DNA of 45,261 nucleotides from Candidatus Scatovivens sp. (GTDB lineage: Bacteria; Bacillota; Clostridia; TANB77; CAG-508): contig JAZQTI010000101.1 of assembly GCA_045630665.1 (NCBI GenBank), positions 1 to 45,261 on the forward strand, written 5' to 3'. The stretch's first letter is position 1, and the number at the start of each line of letters is the position of its first letter. The notes beneath the pieces are model-generated. The model did not search any database. It was given only the letters and a program-made list of their open reading frames with translations, and was not told the origin of the DNA. Of this stretch, positions 25,979 through 35,481 are shown one piece after another. The translations under genes were made by a program, and so were the position numbers.

Positions 25979-26010
25979 AGGAGACCTGAGAATTCAGGTC
26001 TCCTTTACGT
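25979..26010 (+). terminator. GC-rich hairpin terminator of island C
   Basis: AGGAGACCTGA (25979-25989), loop GAAT, TCAGGTCTCCT (25994-26004), then TTACGTT (a weak T-tract). Confidence 0.65.
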
Positions 26011-26206
26011 TCGAAAATGATTAGTAATAAATCTAAAAATATATAATAAAATTAAAGTAAAATAAATAAAAAATTATATACAAAAAAATCATTTTGCTAT
26101 ATAATAACATTGATATACTACAAAGATATCGAATTAAAGGAAAAACAAATTAGAAACGAATATAAAATTTTATATTTGCAATAACAAATTTCGAAGGAGA
26201 ATTCAA

Positions 26207-27679
26207 ATGGAATTAAAAAAACTTTTAATAGGAATTGAGAATTTCAAATCAAAAGGAGATATGGATATTGATATAAAGAAAGTGGAATGTAATTCAAAGA
26301 AAATTGTTCCAAATTCTTTATTTATTGCAATAAAAGGTTATGATTTTGATGGTCATGAATATATATCAGAAGCGATAGAAAATGGTGCTGTTGCTGTTAT
26401 GTTAGATATGTCAGCTGACTTTAAAAAAATAAAAATACCAAGTGGAGTTACAGTAATAATTACAGATGATACAAGAAAAGCATTAGCAAGAGTTTCTTGT
26501 AATTATTTCGGAAATCCTTCAAGATATTTTAAACTTATAGGTGTTACAGGAACAAAAGGAAAAACAACAACAACTTATATGATTAAATCTATTTTAGAAA
26601 AAGCAGGATATAAAGTTGGCTTAATAGGAACAATTGCTAATTATATAGGAGATGAATGTTTAGGCTTTAGCAATAGAACAACTCCAGAAAGTTTAGAACT
26701 TCAAGGTTTATTCTATAAAATGGCAAAAGCAAAATGTGATTATGTAGTAATGGAAGTTTCCTCACAAAGTTTAAAACTATCTAGAGTTGAAGGATGTAAT
26801 TTCGATTACGGTATATTCACTAATCTATATAAAGATCATATTAGTTTAAAAGAACATGCTGATATGAATGAATATTTTGAAACAAAATTAAAATTATTTA
26901 CAATGTGTCCAAGAGCATTTATAAATAGTGATGATTTTAAATGTAATAAAATAATTAAAGGAGCTCCAAATTGTAATATAAGTACTTATGCAGTTGATAA
27001 CAAAGCTGATTTATTAGCTAAAGATATTACAATAACAAATATAAGTGTAGACTTTAAAGTAAAACTAGGAGTTAGAAACGAAAGAATTAAAGTAAATATT
27101 CCAGGAAGATACAGCGTATATAATGCATTAGCTTCAATCTCATTAGCTACAGCTTTAGGAATAGATGTTGAAAAAATAAAAGAAGGATTAGAAAATATTG
27201 TAGTTCCAGGAAGAAACGAATTAGTACCAAACAAAGAAGATTTACCAATAATGATAGATTATGCTCATACAGCAGAAAGTTTAGAAAATATTCTTCAAGC
27301 AGCAAAAACTTATACACCTGGAAAAGTAATTTGTGTATTTGGTTGCGGTGGAGATAGAGATAAAGAAAAAAGACCGAAAATGGGTGAAGTTGCGGGACGT
27401 TTGGCTGATTACACAATAGTAACAACAGATAATCCAAGAACAGAAAATCCAGAAGAAATTATAGAAAGTATAGAAGTTGGAATAGCAAAAACAAAAGGAA
27501 AATATGAAATAGTAGTAGACAGAAGAGAAGCAATTGCCAAAGCAATCAAAATGATGGGAAAAAGAGATTTGGTAATTTTAGCAGGAAAAGGTCATGAAAC
27601 TTATCAAGAGATTAATGGAGAAAAATATCCATTAGATGAAAGAGAAATTGTAAAAGAAATATTAGGAGAGAAAAAATAA
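26207..27679 (+). CDS. murE: UDP-N-acetylmuramoyl-L-alanyl-D-glutamate--2,6-diaminopimelate ligase
   Basis: ATP-binding loop GVTGTKGKTTT. The DNPR motif (TTDNPRTENP) indicates meso-DAP specificity. RBS AAGGAGA. Confidence 0.9.
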   Translation: MELKKLLIGIENFKSKGDMDIDIKKVECNSKKIVPNSLFIAIKGYDFDGHEYISEAIENGAVAVMLDMSADFKKIKIPSGVTVIITDDTRKALARVSCNYFGNPSRYFKLIGVTGTKGKTTTTYMIKSILEKAGYKVGLIGTIANYIGDECLGFSNRTTPESLELQGLFYKMAKAKCDYVVMEVSSQSLKLSRVEGCNFDYGIFTNLYKDHISLKEHADMNEYFETKLKLFTMCPRAFINSDDFKCNKIIKGAPNCNISTYAVDNKADLLAKDITITNISVDFKVKLGVRNERIKVNIPGRYSVYNALASISLATALGIDVEKIKEGLENIVVPGRNELVPNKEDLPIMIDYAHTAESLENILQAAKTYTPGKVICVFGCGGDRDKEKRPKMGEVAGRLADYTIVTTDNPRTENPEEIIESIEVGIAKTKGKYEIVVDRREAIAKAIKMMGKRDLVILAGKGHETYQEINGEKYPLDEREIVKEILGEKK

Positions 27680-28650
27680 TGACAACTCAGATAATATATT
27701 TGATTTTATCTTTTGTATTAACAGCTGTTTTAGGAAAAGTAATTATACCAATTTTAAAAAAATTAAAAGTTGGTCAAAATGAAAGAGCTTGTGGTCCAAG
27801 AGCACATTTAAAAAAACAAGGTACACCTACAATGGGTGGAATAATGATGATTATAACAATTATTGTTCTTGTTGCAATTTATTCAATTTTAAATCCACAA
27901 GAAGAATTACTAGTTCCAATTCTAGCAATTGCAATAGCAAGCTTAGGGTTTGGAATTGTAGGATTTATAGATGATTATAAAAAAGTTGTTTTGAAAAATA
28001 CAGAAGGATTAAATCCTAAATTAAAAATGTTAGGATTGCTTATAATTTCTGTTATATATACAATGTTTTTAATAAAGTACGTTGGGCTTGGAACAGACAT
28101 TATAATTCCAATAATAAATTATAATTTACAATTACCATTATGGATTTTTATACCATTTACAATATTTGTTATGTTAGGAAGTACAAATGCTGTAAACTTA
28201 ACAGATGGTGTTGATGGGTTAGCTGGAAGTGTTACAGCAATAATGGTTACAGCAATATCAATAATAGCTATGCAAGCTGGATATGAAAGTATTTCTTGTT
28301 TTGGAGCTATTGTTGTTGGAACATGTGGTGGATTTTTAATTTATAATTTTCATAAAGCTAAAGTAATGATGGGAGATACAGGTTCATTACTTTTAGGTGG
28401 AGTTATATCTAGTATGATGATTTATTTAAAAAATCCGTTATTACTAGTATTAATAGCTATAATTCCTGTAATTGAAACATTATCTGTTATTATGCAAGTT
28501 GTATATTTTAGATTTACAGGAAAAAGATTATTTAGAATGTCTCCATTACATCACCATTTTGAATTAACTGGATGGAGAGAAAATAGAGTTGTTGGTGTAT
28601 TTTCACTAATAACATTAATTGCATCAGTATGTGCAATACTTATAGTTTAA
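27679..28650 (+). CDS. mraY: Phospho-N-acetylmuramoyl-pentapeptide transferase
   Basis: The ATG overlaps the murE stop by 1 nt (TAATG). Motifs GTPTMGG, NAVNLTDGVDGLA, MGDTGS and PLHHHFE. Confidence 0.92.
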   Translation: MTTQIIYLILSFVLTAVLGKVIIPILKKLKVGQNERACGPRAHLKKQGTPTMGGIMMIITIIVLVAIYSILNPQEELLVPILAIAIASLGFGIVGFIDDYKKVVLKNTEGLNPKLKMLGLLIISVIYTMFLIKYVGLGTDIIIPIINYNLQLPLWIFIPFTIFVMLGSTNAVNLTDGVDGLAGSVTAIMVTAISIIAMQAGYESISCFGAIVVGTCGGFLIYNFHKAKVMMGDTGSLLLGGVISSMMIYLKNPLLLVLIAIIPVIETLSVIMQVVYFRFTGKRLFRMSPLHHHFELTGWRENRVVGVFSLITLIASVCAILIV

Positions 28651-28700
28651 GGTTTATAGATAAATCCAAAAAATCTAAATAAAAAAATATAGGTTAAAAA

Positions 28701-29870
28701 ATGGTAAAAAGAACAAAAGCAAAAAGATTCTCATTTTTATTAAATGGAAAATTCGATTATTCTATATTAATAATAACCCTATTACTTTTATGTATAGGGT
28801 TAATAATGTTATTATCAGCAAGTGCTCCAGTATCATTTTCAGAAAATGGAAATAGCTATGATTATGTAGTAAAACAAGGTGGGGTAGCATTATTAGGTTT
28901 AGCAGCAATGATAGTATTATCAAAAATTGATTATAGAATATACAGAAAATTAAAATGGTTAATATATATTGTTTTTGTTGCATTACTATTTTTAGTTGGT
29001 TTTATTGGAATTGGAGAAAATGGAGCAAGAAGATGGATTAATCTTTTTGGATTTTCATTCCAACCATCAGAGTTTGCGAAAGTTGCATTTATAATTTTTT
29101 ATGCATCACTTTTAACAGACATGAAAGAAAAAAATAAAATAAGAAAAATAGTACCTGGATTTATATATCCATTAATATTCTTAGGACCAATAGCATTTGC
29201 TCTTTTAAAATTGCAAAACCATTTTAGTTCAACATTTGTAATTGCTGCAATAACTTGTGTTCAAATGTTTGTTGCAGGTTCTTTATTTAGATATTTTATT
29301 GGAGCCGGAACATTTGTTATTGGTGCTTTTGTATTATATCTTCTAAGAAATATGGCAGCAGGAGAAGCAACTGACTTTAGATTTACTAGAATACAAACAT
29401 GGCTTAATGTAGAAGCTGATTTAACTGGTGCAGGATGGCAAATAAATCAAAGTTTATATGCTATAGGTTCAGGTGGATTATTTGGTTTAGGACTAGGAAA
29501 TAGTAAACAAAAATATTTATATTTACCAGAGCCACAAAACGATTTTATTTTTGCTGTATTAGCAGAAGAATTAGGCTTCATTGGTGCTATAGCAGTAATA
29601 ATTCTTTTCATATTGTTTATTTGGAGAGGAATTATAATTGCAATAAAAGCTGAAGATACATTTGGAAGCTTAATATCAATTGGTATAACAACAATGATAG
29701 GATTACAAGCAATAGTAAATATTGCAGTTGTAACAAATACAATGCCAGTAACAGGTATGCCATTACCATTCTTTAGTTATGGTGGTTCTGCAATGCTTGC
29801 CAACTTAATGGCAGTTGGAATTTTACTGAGTGTATCTAGAAACAGTAAGAAAAATAATAATAAAGGTTAA
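28701..29870 (+). CDS. ftsW: SEDS-family peptidoglycan polymerase (FtsW/SpoVE)
   Basis: Polytopic protein. QPSEFAK, LPEPQNDFIF and PLPFFSYGGS are SEDS motifs. It occupies the dcw position between mraY and murG. Confidence 0.85.
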   Translation: MVKRTKAKRFSFLLNGKFDYSILIITLLLLCIGLIMLLSASAPVSFSENGNSYDYVVKQGGVALLGLAAMIVLSKIDYRIYRKLKWLIYIVFVALLFLVGFIGIGENGARRWINLFGFSFQPSEFAKVAFIIFYASLLTDMKEKNKIRKIVPGFIYPLIFLGPIAFALLKLQNHFSSTFVIAAITCVQMFVAGSLFRYFIGAGTFVIGAFVLYLLRNMAAGEATDFRFTRIQTWLNVEADLTGAGWQINQSLYAIGSGGLFGLGLGNSKQKYLYLPEPQNDFIFAVLAEELGFIGAIAVIILFILFIWRGIIIAIKAEDTFGSLISIGITTMIGLQAIVNIAVVTNTMPVTGMPLPFFSYGGSAMLANLMAVGILLSVSRNSKKNNNKG

Positions 29871-29910
29871 TAGGACCTAAAAACCTAAATATATTTTAAG
29901 GATGTAGAAA

Positions 29911-31026
29911 ATGAAAGTTATCATTGCGGCAGCAGGAACTGGTGGACATATAAATCCAGGAATTGCGATTGCTAATAAAATAAAAGAAAAAGATCCAAAA
30001 TCTGAAATTATATTTATAGGAACTAATAGAGGATTAGAAAATGATTTAGTTCCTAGAGCTGGATATAAATTAAAAACAATTGATGTATATGGATTAAAAA
30101 AAGAATTTTCATTAACAAATATAAAACATATATTTCAAACTATTGCTAGTAGAAAAGATGTTAAAAAAATATTTGATGAATTTAAACCTGACCTAGTTTT
30201 AGGAACTGGTGGATATATATGTGGACCAGTATTTTATGTTGCTGTGTCTAGAAAGATTCCAACAATTCTTCATGAAAGTAATGCATATCCAGGAAAAGCT
30301 GTAAAAATGTTTTCAAAAAAAGTTAATAGTGTGTTAGTTGGATTTGAAGATACAAAATCAAAATTGGAAGGATGTAAAAATATAGTAGTAACAGGTACTC
30401 CTACAAAAATTAGAAAAATAGATGTATCAAAGACTAGAAAAAAAGAAATATTAGAAGAAATAGGCATAAAAAATGATTTACCAATTGTATTGATTTATGG
30501 TGGTAGTCAAGGTGCTCAAAGAATAAATGAAGCTGTTATAGATTTAATTACATCTAATAGAAATAAAGATTATCAAATAATTTGGGCAACAGGACCAAAA
30601 CAATATGATATAGTAAAAGAGAACTTTGAAAAACAAAATATTTATATAAATAGTATTAAAAATGTAAAAATATTACCATATATATACAATATGGAAGAAT
30701 TGATGAATATATCAGATTTGTTAGTTTGTAGAAGTGGTGCTATGACAATTACAGAAGTATCAATTGTAGGAAAACCAGCGATATTTATTCCGCTTCCATC
30801 AATATCAGCCAATAGACAAGAAGATAATGCACTTGTTCTTAAGAAAATAGGGGCTGCAAAAATGATATTAAATAATGAAGTAAATGGAACAAATTTAGCA
30901 GAAGAAATTGATGATATCATACATGATAAATTAGAACTTGATGAAATGGGGAAAATGGCAAATACAATTGCTCCATCGGACGTTGAAGAAAAAATTTATG
31001 AAGAAATAGTTAAAGTACTAAAGTAA
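29911..31026 (+). CDS. murG: UDP-N-acetylglucosamine--N-acetylmuramyl-(pentapeptide) pyrophosphoryl-undecaprenol GlcNAc transferase
   Basis: AAGTGGHINPGIAIA N-terminal G-loop, GGSQGA, and RSGAMTITE...G.P.I.IP. Confidence 0.9.
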   Translation: MKVIIAAAGTGGHINPGIAIANKIKEKDPKSEIIFIGTNRGLENDLVPRAGYKLKTIDVYGLKKEFSLTNIKHIFQTIASRKDVKKIFDEFKPDLVLGTGGYICGPVFYVAVSRKIPTILHESNAYPGKAVKMFSKKVNSVLVGFEDTKSKLEGCKNIVVTGTPTKIRKIDVSKTRKKEILEEIGIKNDLPIVLIYGGSQGAQRINEAVIDLITSNRNKDYQIIWATGPKQYDIVKENFEKQNIYINSIKNVKILPYIYNMEELMNISDLLVCRSGAMTITEVSIVGKPAIFIPLPSISANRQEDNALVLKKIGAAKMILNNEVNGTNLAEEIDDIIHDKLELDEMGKMANTIAPSDVEEKIYEEIVKVLK

Positions 31027-31061
31027 AAGAGAGGAAAAAACAAATGTAAAGGAGAGTAAAT

Positions 31062-33011
31062 ATGGCCTCAGGTGAAAGTGAACAAGATTTATTAAAAGAT
31101 ATTGCAGAACAAATTGCCAAAAATCAAATGTCATTTGATTCGAAAAGTGAAGAAGAAAAACGAAAATTATTAGGAAAATTAGATATTATTGCTGCAAGCC
31201 AATTAAATGAATTACAAAAAGAATTTAATGCTTTGATTGGCGGAATTGAAGGTGAAATACCAGAAAATGCAAGAATAATAATCTTACAAGGCATTAGTGA
31301 CAGAGTTTCTAGTGAGAGAATAAAATCATTAGATAATATTTTTTCATCTAAAGATGTTCAGGTATTAGCATCAACAATTGTTACAGAAATAGTATCAAAG
31401 AATACCGACAAAGAAATAGTAGAAGATAAAGCAGACATATTAATTCTTGGAAAAAATCTGGAAATTGATAAAGATGAAATTCAAGAAAAATTATTAAATG
31501 ATTTATCTGAAAAGTATGATGGAAAATATACATTACCAGAGGAAATGAAAATGCAAGAAGAAGATATTGCTAATATAGTAAGTGAACTTGACGAAACAGA
31601 ACTTGCAAAAACAATTGATAAAGCTAATGGTGGAGACAAAAATTCTAGAATAGTAATTACAGCGTTAATGTCTGCTATGCCATTTGCAAAAACAACAGTG
31701 AAATTTGAAGAGTTGAGTGGTTCAGATAAAGAAATAGCACTTCGTTCATTAGACACTTTGGCACTTGCTTATGCTGAAATTGGAGATTCAAATCTTTTTG
31801 TTGCTGCACAAAAACTTTCTGAAAAATGGGGAGTTGAGATAATAACATATGATGAAAACGGTAAACCAACAATAGATAGAGAAAAAATAAAAGAATTTGC
31901 AAAGCAAAATAATATCAATTATAGCACTGCCAAAAAAGAAGATTTTGAGTTATATGATAAAGCGTACAAAAATTTAGATGGAGTAGATGATTTTACAATA
32001 GAAACTCAAATAACAGCAACTCAATATAGTTTAAATAGAAATATAGATATCTTTACACAAGAAATACGAAGTGGTAGAAAATTAGAAGAACTACAACCTC
32101 AAATAGATCTTATGTTTGAAGAGAATTTTGATGCGACTTTAATGGTTTTAAAAGATCTTGGTGAAGGATGGAAAGATGATACAGAAATTTCACCAGCAGA
32201 AAGAAATATGAGATTCTATATGTTTAATAAAGCAGCTTTACTATATGAAGGTGCTCAAAAAGGTGAAAATGATGGAGTTATAGATAATTTTACAGATGGT
32301 TATATGCAAGGAATTATTGATTCTTCAATTGATTTTATGATAAAATCTGGATTCGAAAACAAAGAGTTAATAGATAATATGCTTAGAGTTGCTCCTAATG
32401 AAGTTCAAAAGAAAATGAAAGATTCTAAATTTAGTCAATATGATTTAAAACCATCTACAGAATGTGAGCCAATAAAACAAGAGCAAGAACAAGATGATCC
32501 ACTTATGAAAAAAATAAAAAATTTATTAAAAACATTAAATAATAGAATTGATAATAGAGGAATTGATAATACATTAGATTATGTAAGTACTATGATTACA
32601 AGCACTTCTGATTTACCTACGAAAAAAGATTATATGAATGTAATGTTCAATATTTTAGAAAATAGAGAAAATTCGTATAATCCTAAAGAAATGGCAGCAA
32701 GAAAAGGCTTTTTCTCAGCTATTATAGCAGAAAGAATTTATGATGAACAAGCTTTGAAAAAAATGGTAGAAATAGATTCTACTTCTACCAAAGGAATACT
32801 TGACGATATGATTGAAAGACAAAATACTTTGAGTGAAAATAATATAGATGCTATAATGGATATAGGTAAGCAAATGAAAGAAGCAAAAGATACAAAAGTG
32901 TTAGAATCTGGAAAAGTTAGTGTAACTGACGTTGTTGAACATATTGTGGCAAACGAAGAAACAGAAAAAACTTTTGAGAACTCTGATCGTGATGATGATG
33001 ATGCAAGATAA
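31062..33011 (+). CDS. Large acidic orphan protein, 649 aa (paralog family member 1); last gene before the dcw-region terminator
   Basis: RBS AAGGAGAG 6 nt upstream. There is no terminator between murG and this gene. No signal peptide or TM segment. It contains YDENGKPTIDREKIKEF and the tail ...SDRDDDDAR. Confidence 0.75.
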   Translation: MASGESEQDLLKDIAEQIAKNQMSFDSKSEEEKRKLLGKLDIIAASQLNELQKEFNALIGGIEGEIPENARIIILQGISDRVSSERIKSLDNIFSSKDVQVLASTIVTEIVSKNTDKEIVEDKADILILGKNLEIDKDEIQEKLLNDLSEKYDGKYTLPEEMKMQEEDIANIVSELDETELAKTIDKANGGDKNSRIVITALMSAMPFAKTTVKFEELSGSDKEIALRSLDTLALAYAEIGDSNLFVAAQKLSEKWGVEIITYDENGKPTIDREKIKEFAKQNNINYSTAKKEDFELYDKAYKNLDGVDDFTIETQITATQYSLNRNIDIFTQEIRSGRKLEELQPQIDLMFEENFDATLMVLKDLGEGWKDDTEISPAERNMRFYMFNKAALLYEGAQKGENDGVIDNFTDGYMQGIIDSSIDFMIKSGFENKELIDNMLRVAPNEVQKKMKDSKFSQYDLKPSTECEPIKQEQEQDDPLMKKIKNLLKTLNNRIDNRGIDNTLDYVSTMITSTSDLPTKKDYMNVMFNILENRENSYNPKEMAARKGFFSAIIAERIYDEQALKKMVEIDSTSTKGILDDMIERQNTLSENNIDAIMDIGKQMKEAKDTKVLESGKVSVTDVVEHIVANEETEKTFENSDRDDDDAR

Positions 33012-33018
33012 TTAATAT

Positions 33019-33057
33019 AAAAATACATTTTAGTATTACTAAAATGTATTTTTGTTT
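33019..33057 (+). terminator. Intrinsic terminator ending the murE...649-aa transcription unit
   Basis: AAAATACATTTTA, loop GTATTAC, TAAAATGTATTTT, then TGTTTT. Confidence 0.75.
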
Positions 33058-33165
33058 TGTATTAAGATTTTGCAAATTTTGTTAATATATAAGAAATACT
33101 TGCAAAATAAATAATAATGATTTAAAATACATACGTAATAAAAAATCTTTAAGGGAGAAAAATAA

Positions 33166-35274
33166 ATGATTGATAAATTAGTTATAGTGGAGTCGCCTGC
33201 TAAAGCAAATACTATAAAAAAATTCCTTGGTGGAAAAAGCAAAGTGGTTGCTTCAATGGGACATATAAGAGATTTACCAAAATCAAAAATGGGAATCAAT
33301 ATCGAAAATGATTTCGAACCAGAATATATCAATATACGTGGAAAAGCTAGTTTAATTAATTCTTTAAAGAAAGATGCAAAAGATGCGAAAAAAGTTTATC
33401 TTGCAACTGACCCTGACCGTGAAGGAGAAGCTATTGCATGGCATTTAGCATATATTTTAGGAATTGATCCTGAAAGTATATGTAGAGTGACTTTTAATGA
33501 AATAACAAAAGAAGCTGTAAAAAACGGAATAAATAATCCAAGAAAAATAGATATAAATTTAACTGATGCTCAACAAGCAAGACGTGTATTAGATAGAATA
33601 GTTGGATATAAAATAAGTCCAGTATTATGGAAAAAAGTAAAAAGAGGCTTATCTGCTGGAAGAGTTCAATCTGTAGCAGTAAAATTGATTGTAGATAGAG
33701 AAGAAGAAATAGAAAAATTTATTCCAGAAGAATATTGGAATATTAATTTGATTGCTTCTGATAAAAAAACAAAAACAAAATTTAATTGTAAGTTTGTTGG
33801 TAAAAATGGAGAAAAAGTTGAACTTCATTCTAAAGAAGAAGTAGACCAAATTTTATCAGACTTAGAAAATGCAAAATATAAAGTTGTAGATGTAAAAAAA
33901 GGTGAGAGAAAAAGAAATCCTGCACCACCATTTACAACAAGTACACTCCAACAAGATGCATCAAGAAAATTAAATTTTGCATTAAAGAAAACAATGTCTG
34001 TTGCTCAAACATTATATGAAGGTGTTAAACTACCAGAATATGGAGATACAGGTTTAATTACTTATATGAGAACAGATTCAACAAGAATTTCAAATGAAGC
34101 AAGAGCTGCGGCCAAAGAACATATTTTAAATGTATATGGTGAAAACTATTATGAAAATAGATTTTATAAAACAAAATCTGAAGCACAAGATGCACATGAG
34201 GCAATAAGACCATCTCATATAGAACTAACACCAGAATCTATAAAAGATAGTTTGAGTTCTGATCAATATAAATTATATAAATTAATATATAATAGATTTA
34301 TGGCAAGTCAAATGGCTTCTGCAGTATATGATACAGTAACAGTTTCAATTGATGGAAATGAATATAACTTTAAAGCAAATGGTCAAACGATGAAATTTAA
34401 AGGTTATATGACTTTGTATGTTGAAAACGAAGAAAAAGAAGAATTTGAGAAAATACCAGAATTAGAAGTTGGTGAAGAAGTAAAAAAAGAAGAAATTGAA
34501 TCAAAACAAAGTTTTACAGAACCACCAGCAAGATATACTGAAGCAAGTTTAGTAAAAACTTTAGAAGAAAAAGGAATTGGAAGACCAAGTACTTATGCTC
34601 CAACAATAACTACTATATTAATGAGAAGATATATTGAAAAAGTACAAAAACAATTAATGCCAACTGATTTAGGAAAAGTTGTTAATAAGTTATTAATAGA
34701 AAATTTTGGAGATGTAATAAATGTAGAATTTACTGCAAAAATTGAAGAGGAATTTGATAAAGTTGCAGTAGGTGAAGAAAATTGGAAAAAAGTAATCAGA
34801 GAGTTTTACACACCTTTTGGAGAAACAGTGGATAAAGTAACAAAAGAATTAGAACATGTAACTCTTACATATGAAGAATCAGACACACCATGTGAAAAAT
34901 GTGGAAGAATGATGGTAATAAAATATGGAAGATTTGGTAAATTTTTAGCTTGTCCAGGATATCCAGAATGCCAAAATGCAAAACCAATTATAGAAACAAT
35001 TGATGTTCCATGTCCTGTTTGTGGTGGAACAGTTCAAATAAGAAAAACAAAGAAAAGACGTAATTATTATATTTGTGAGAAAAATGAAGGTATAGGCCAA
35101 GGATGTTATTATATTTCATGGAATAAACCTAAACAAGGAGAAAAATTTGTTCCAAATAATGAAATAGATATGGAATTATATGATCAAGATGTAAAAAAAA
35201 CTAAAAAAACAACCAAAGCTAAGACAACTAAAAAAGCAACATCAAAAACTAAAAAAGTAGCAAAGAAAAAATAA
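33166..35274 (+). CDS. topA: DNA topoisomerase I
   Basis: TOPRIM start LVIVESPAKA and DPDREGEAI. Active-site region GLITYMRTDS. C-terminal C4 zinc ribbons (CEKCG...CPGYPEC, CPVCGG) and a Lys-rich tail. Confidence 0.95.
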   Translation: MIDKLVIVESPAKANTIKKFLGGKSKVVASMGHIRDLPKSKMGINIENDFEPEYINIRGKASLINSLKKDAKDAKKVYLATDPDREGEAIAWHLAYILGIDPESICRVTFNEITKEAVKNGINNPRKIDINLTDAQQARRVLDRIVGYKISPVLWKKVKRGLSAGRVQSVAVKLIVDREEEIEKFIPEEYWNINLIASDKKTKTKFNCKFVGKNGEKVELHSKEEVDQILSDLENAKYKVVDVKKGERKRNPAPPFTTSTLQQDASRKLNFALKKTMSVAQTLYEGVKLPEYGDTGLITYMRTDSTRISNEARAAAKEHILNVYGENYYENRFYKTKSEAQDAHEAIRPSHIELTPESIKDSLSSDQYKLYKLIYNRFMASQMASAVYDTVTVSIDGNEYNFKANGQTMKFKGYMTLYVENEEKEEFEKIPELEVGEEVKKEEIESKQSFTEPPARYTEASLVKTLEEKGIGRPSTYAPTITTILMRRYIEKVQKQLMPTDLGKVVNKLLIENFGDVINVEFTAKIEEEFDKVAVGEENWKKVIREFYTPFGETVDKVTKELEHVTLTYEESDTPCEKCGRMMVIKYGRFGKFLACPGYPECQNAKPIIETIDVPCPVCGGTVQIRKTKKRRNYYICEKNEGIGQGCYYISWNKPKQGEKFVPNNEIDMELYDQDVKKTKKTTKAKTTKKATSKTKKVAKKK

Positions 35275-35275
35275 A

Positions 35276-35305
35276 AAAAAGCCAAGTTTAAACTTGGCTT
35301 TTTTA
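35276..35305 (+). terminator. Intrinsic terminator after topA
   Basis: AAAGCCAAGTTT pairs with AAACTTGGCTTT, followed by TTTT. Confidence 0.85.
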
Positions 35306-35385
35306 TTTATAAAATTATTATTGCTGCGGAAATAAATATAAGAAAAAAGTAATAGAAAAACAGAATAAATGTAATATTTCTGTTA

Positions 35386-35414
35386 TTGAATCAAGAAATG
35401 TTAATAGTTATAAT
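35386..35414 (+). promoter_or_regulatory. Sigma-A-type promoter for the orphan-orphan-trmFO operon
   Basis: TTGAAT (35386-35391), 17-nt spacer, TATAAT (35409-35414). Confidence 0.6.
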
Positions 35415-35481
35415 AAAATTATATTATTAGATGATTTAATGCGAAAATTGTTTTTTGTTAAAAAATAAATGGAGAAGTGTA

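Noticed and set aside
12008-26004. GAGACC/GGTCTC (BsaI) half-sites in the island A and C terminator stems, with SphI (GCATGC, 12018-12023) and EcoRI (GAATTC, 25990-25995) sites in or near the loops. Considered as a sign of engineered DNA.
   Set aside because: Inverted 6-mers are an automatic consequence of any perfect hairpin, and palindromic sites near loop centres are common. No vector, marker or scar sequence is present. Islands B and D lack such sites. Natural origin is the simpler reading, although the shared GAGACCTG stem is noted in the findings.
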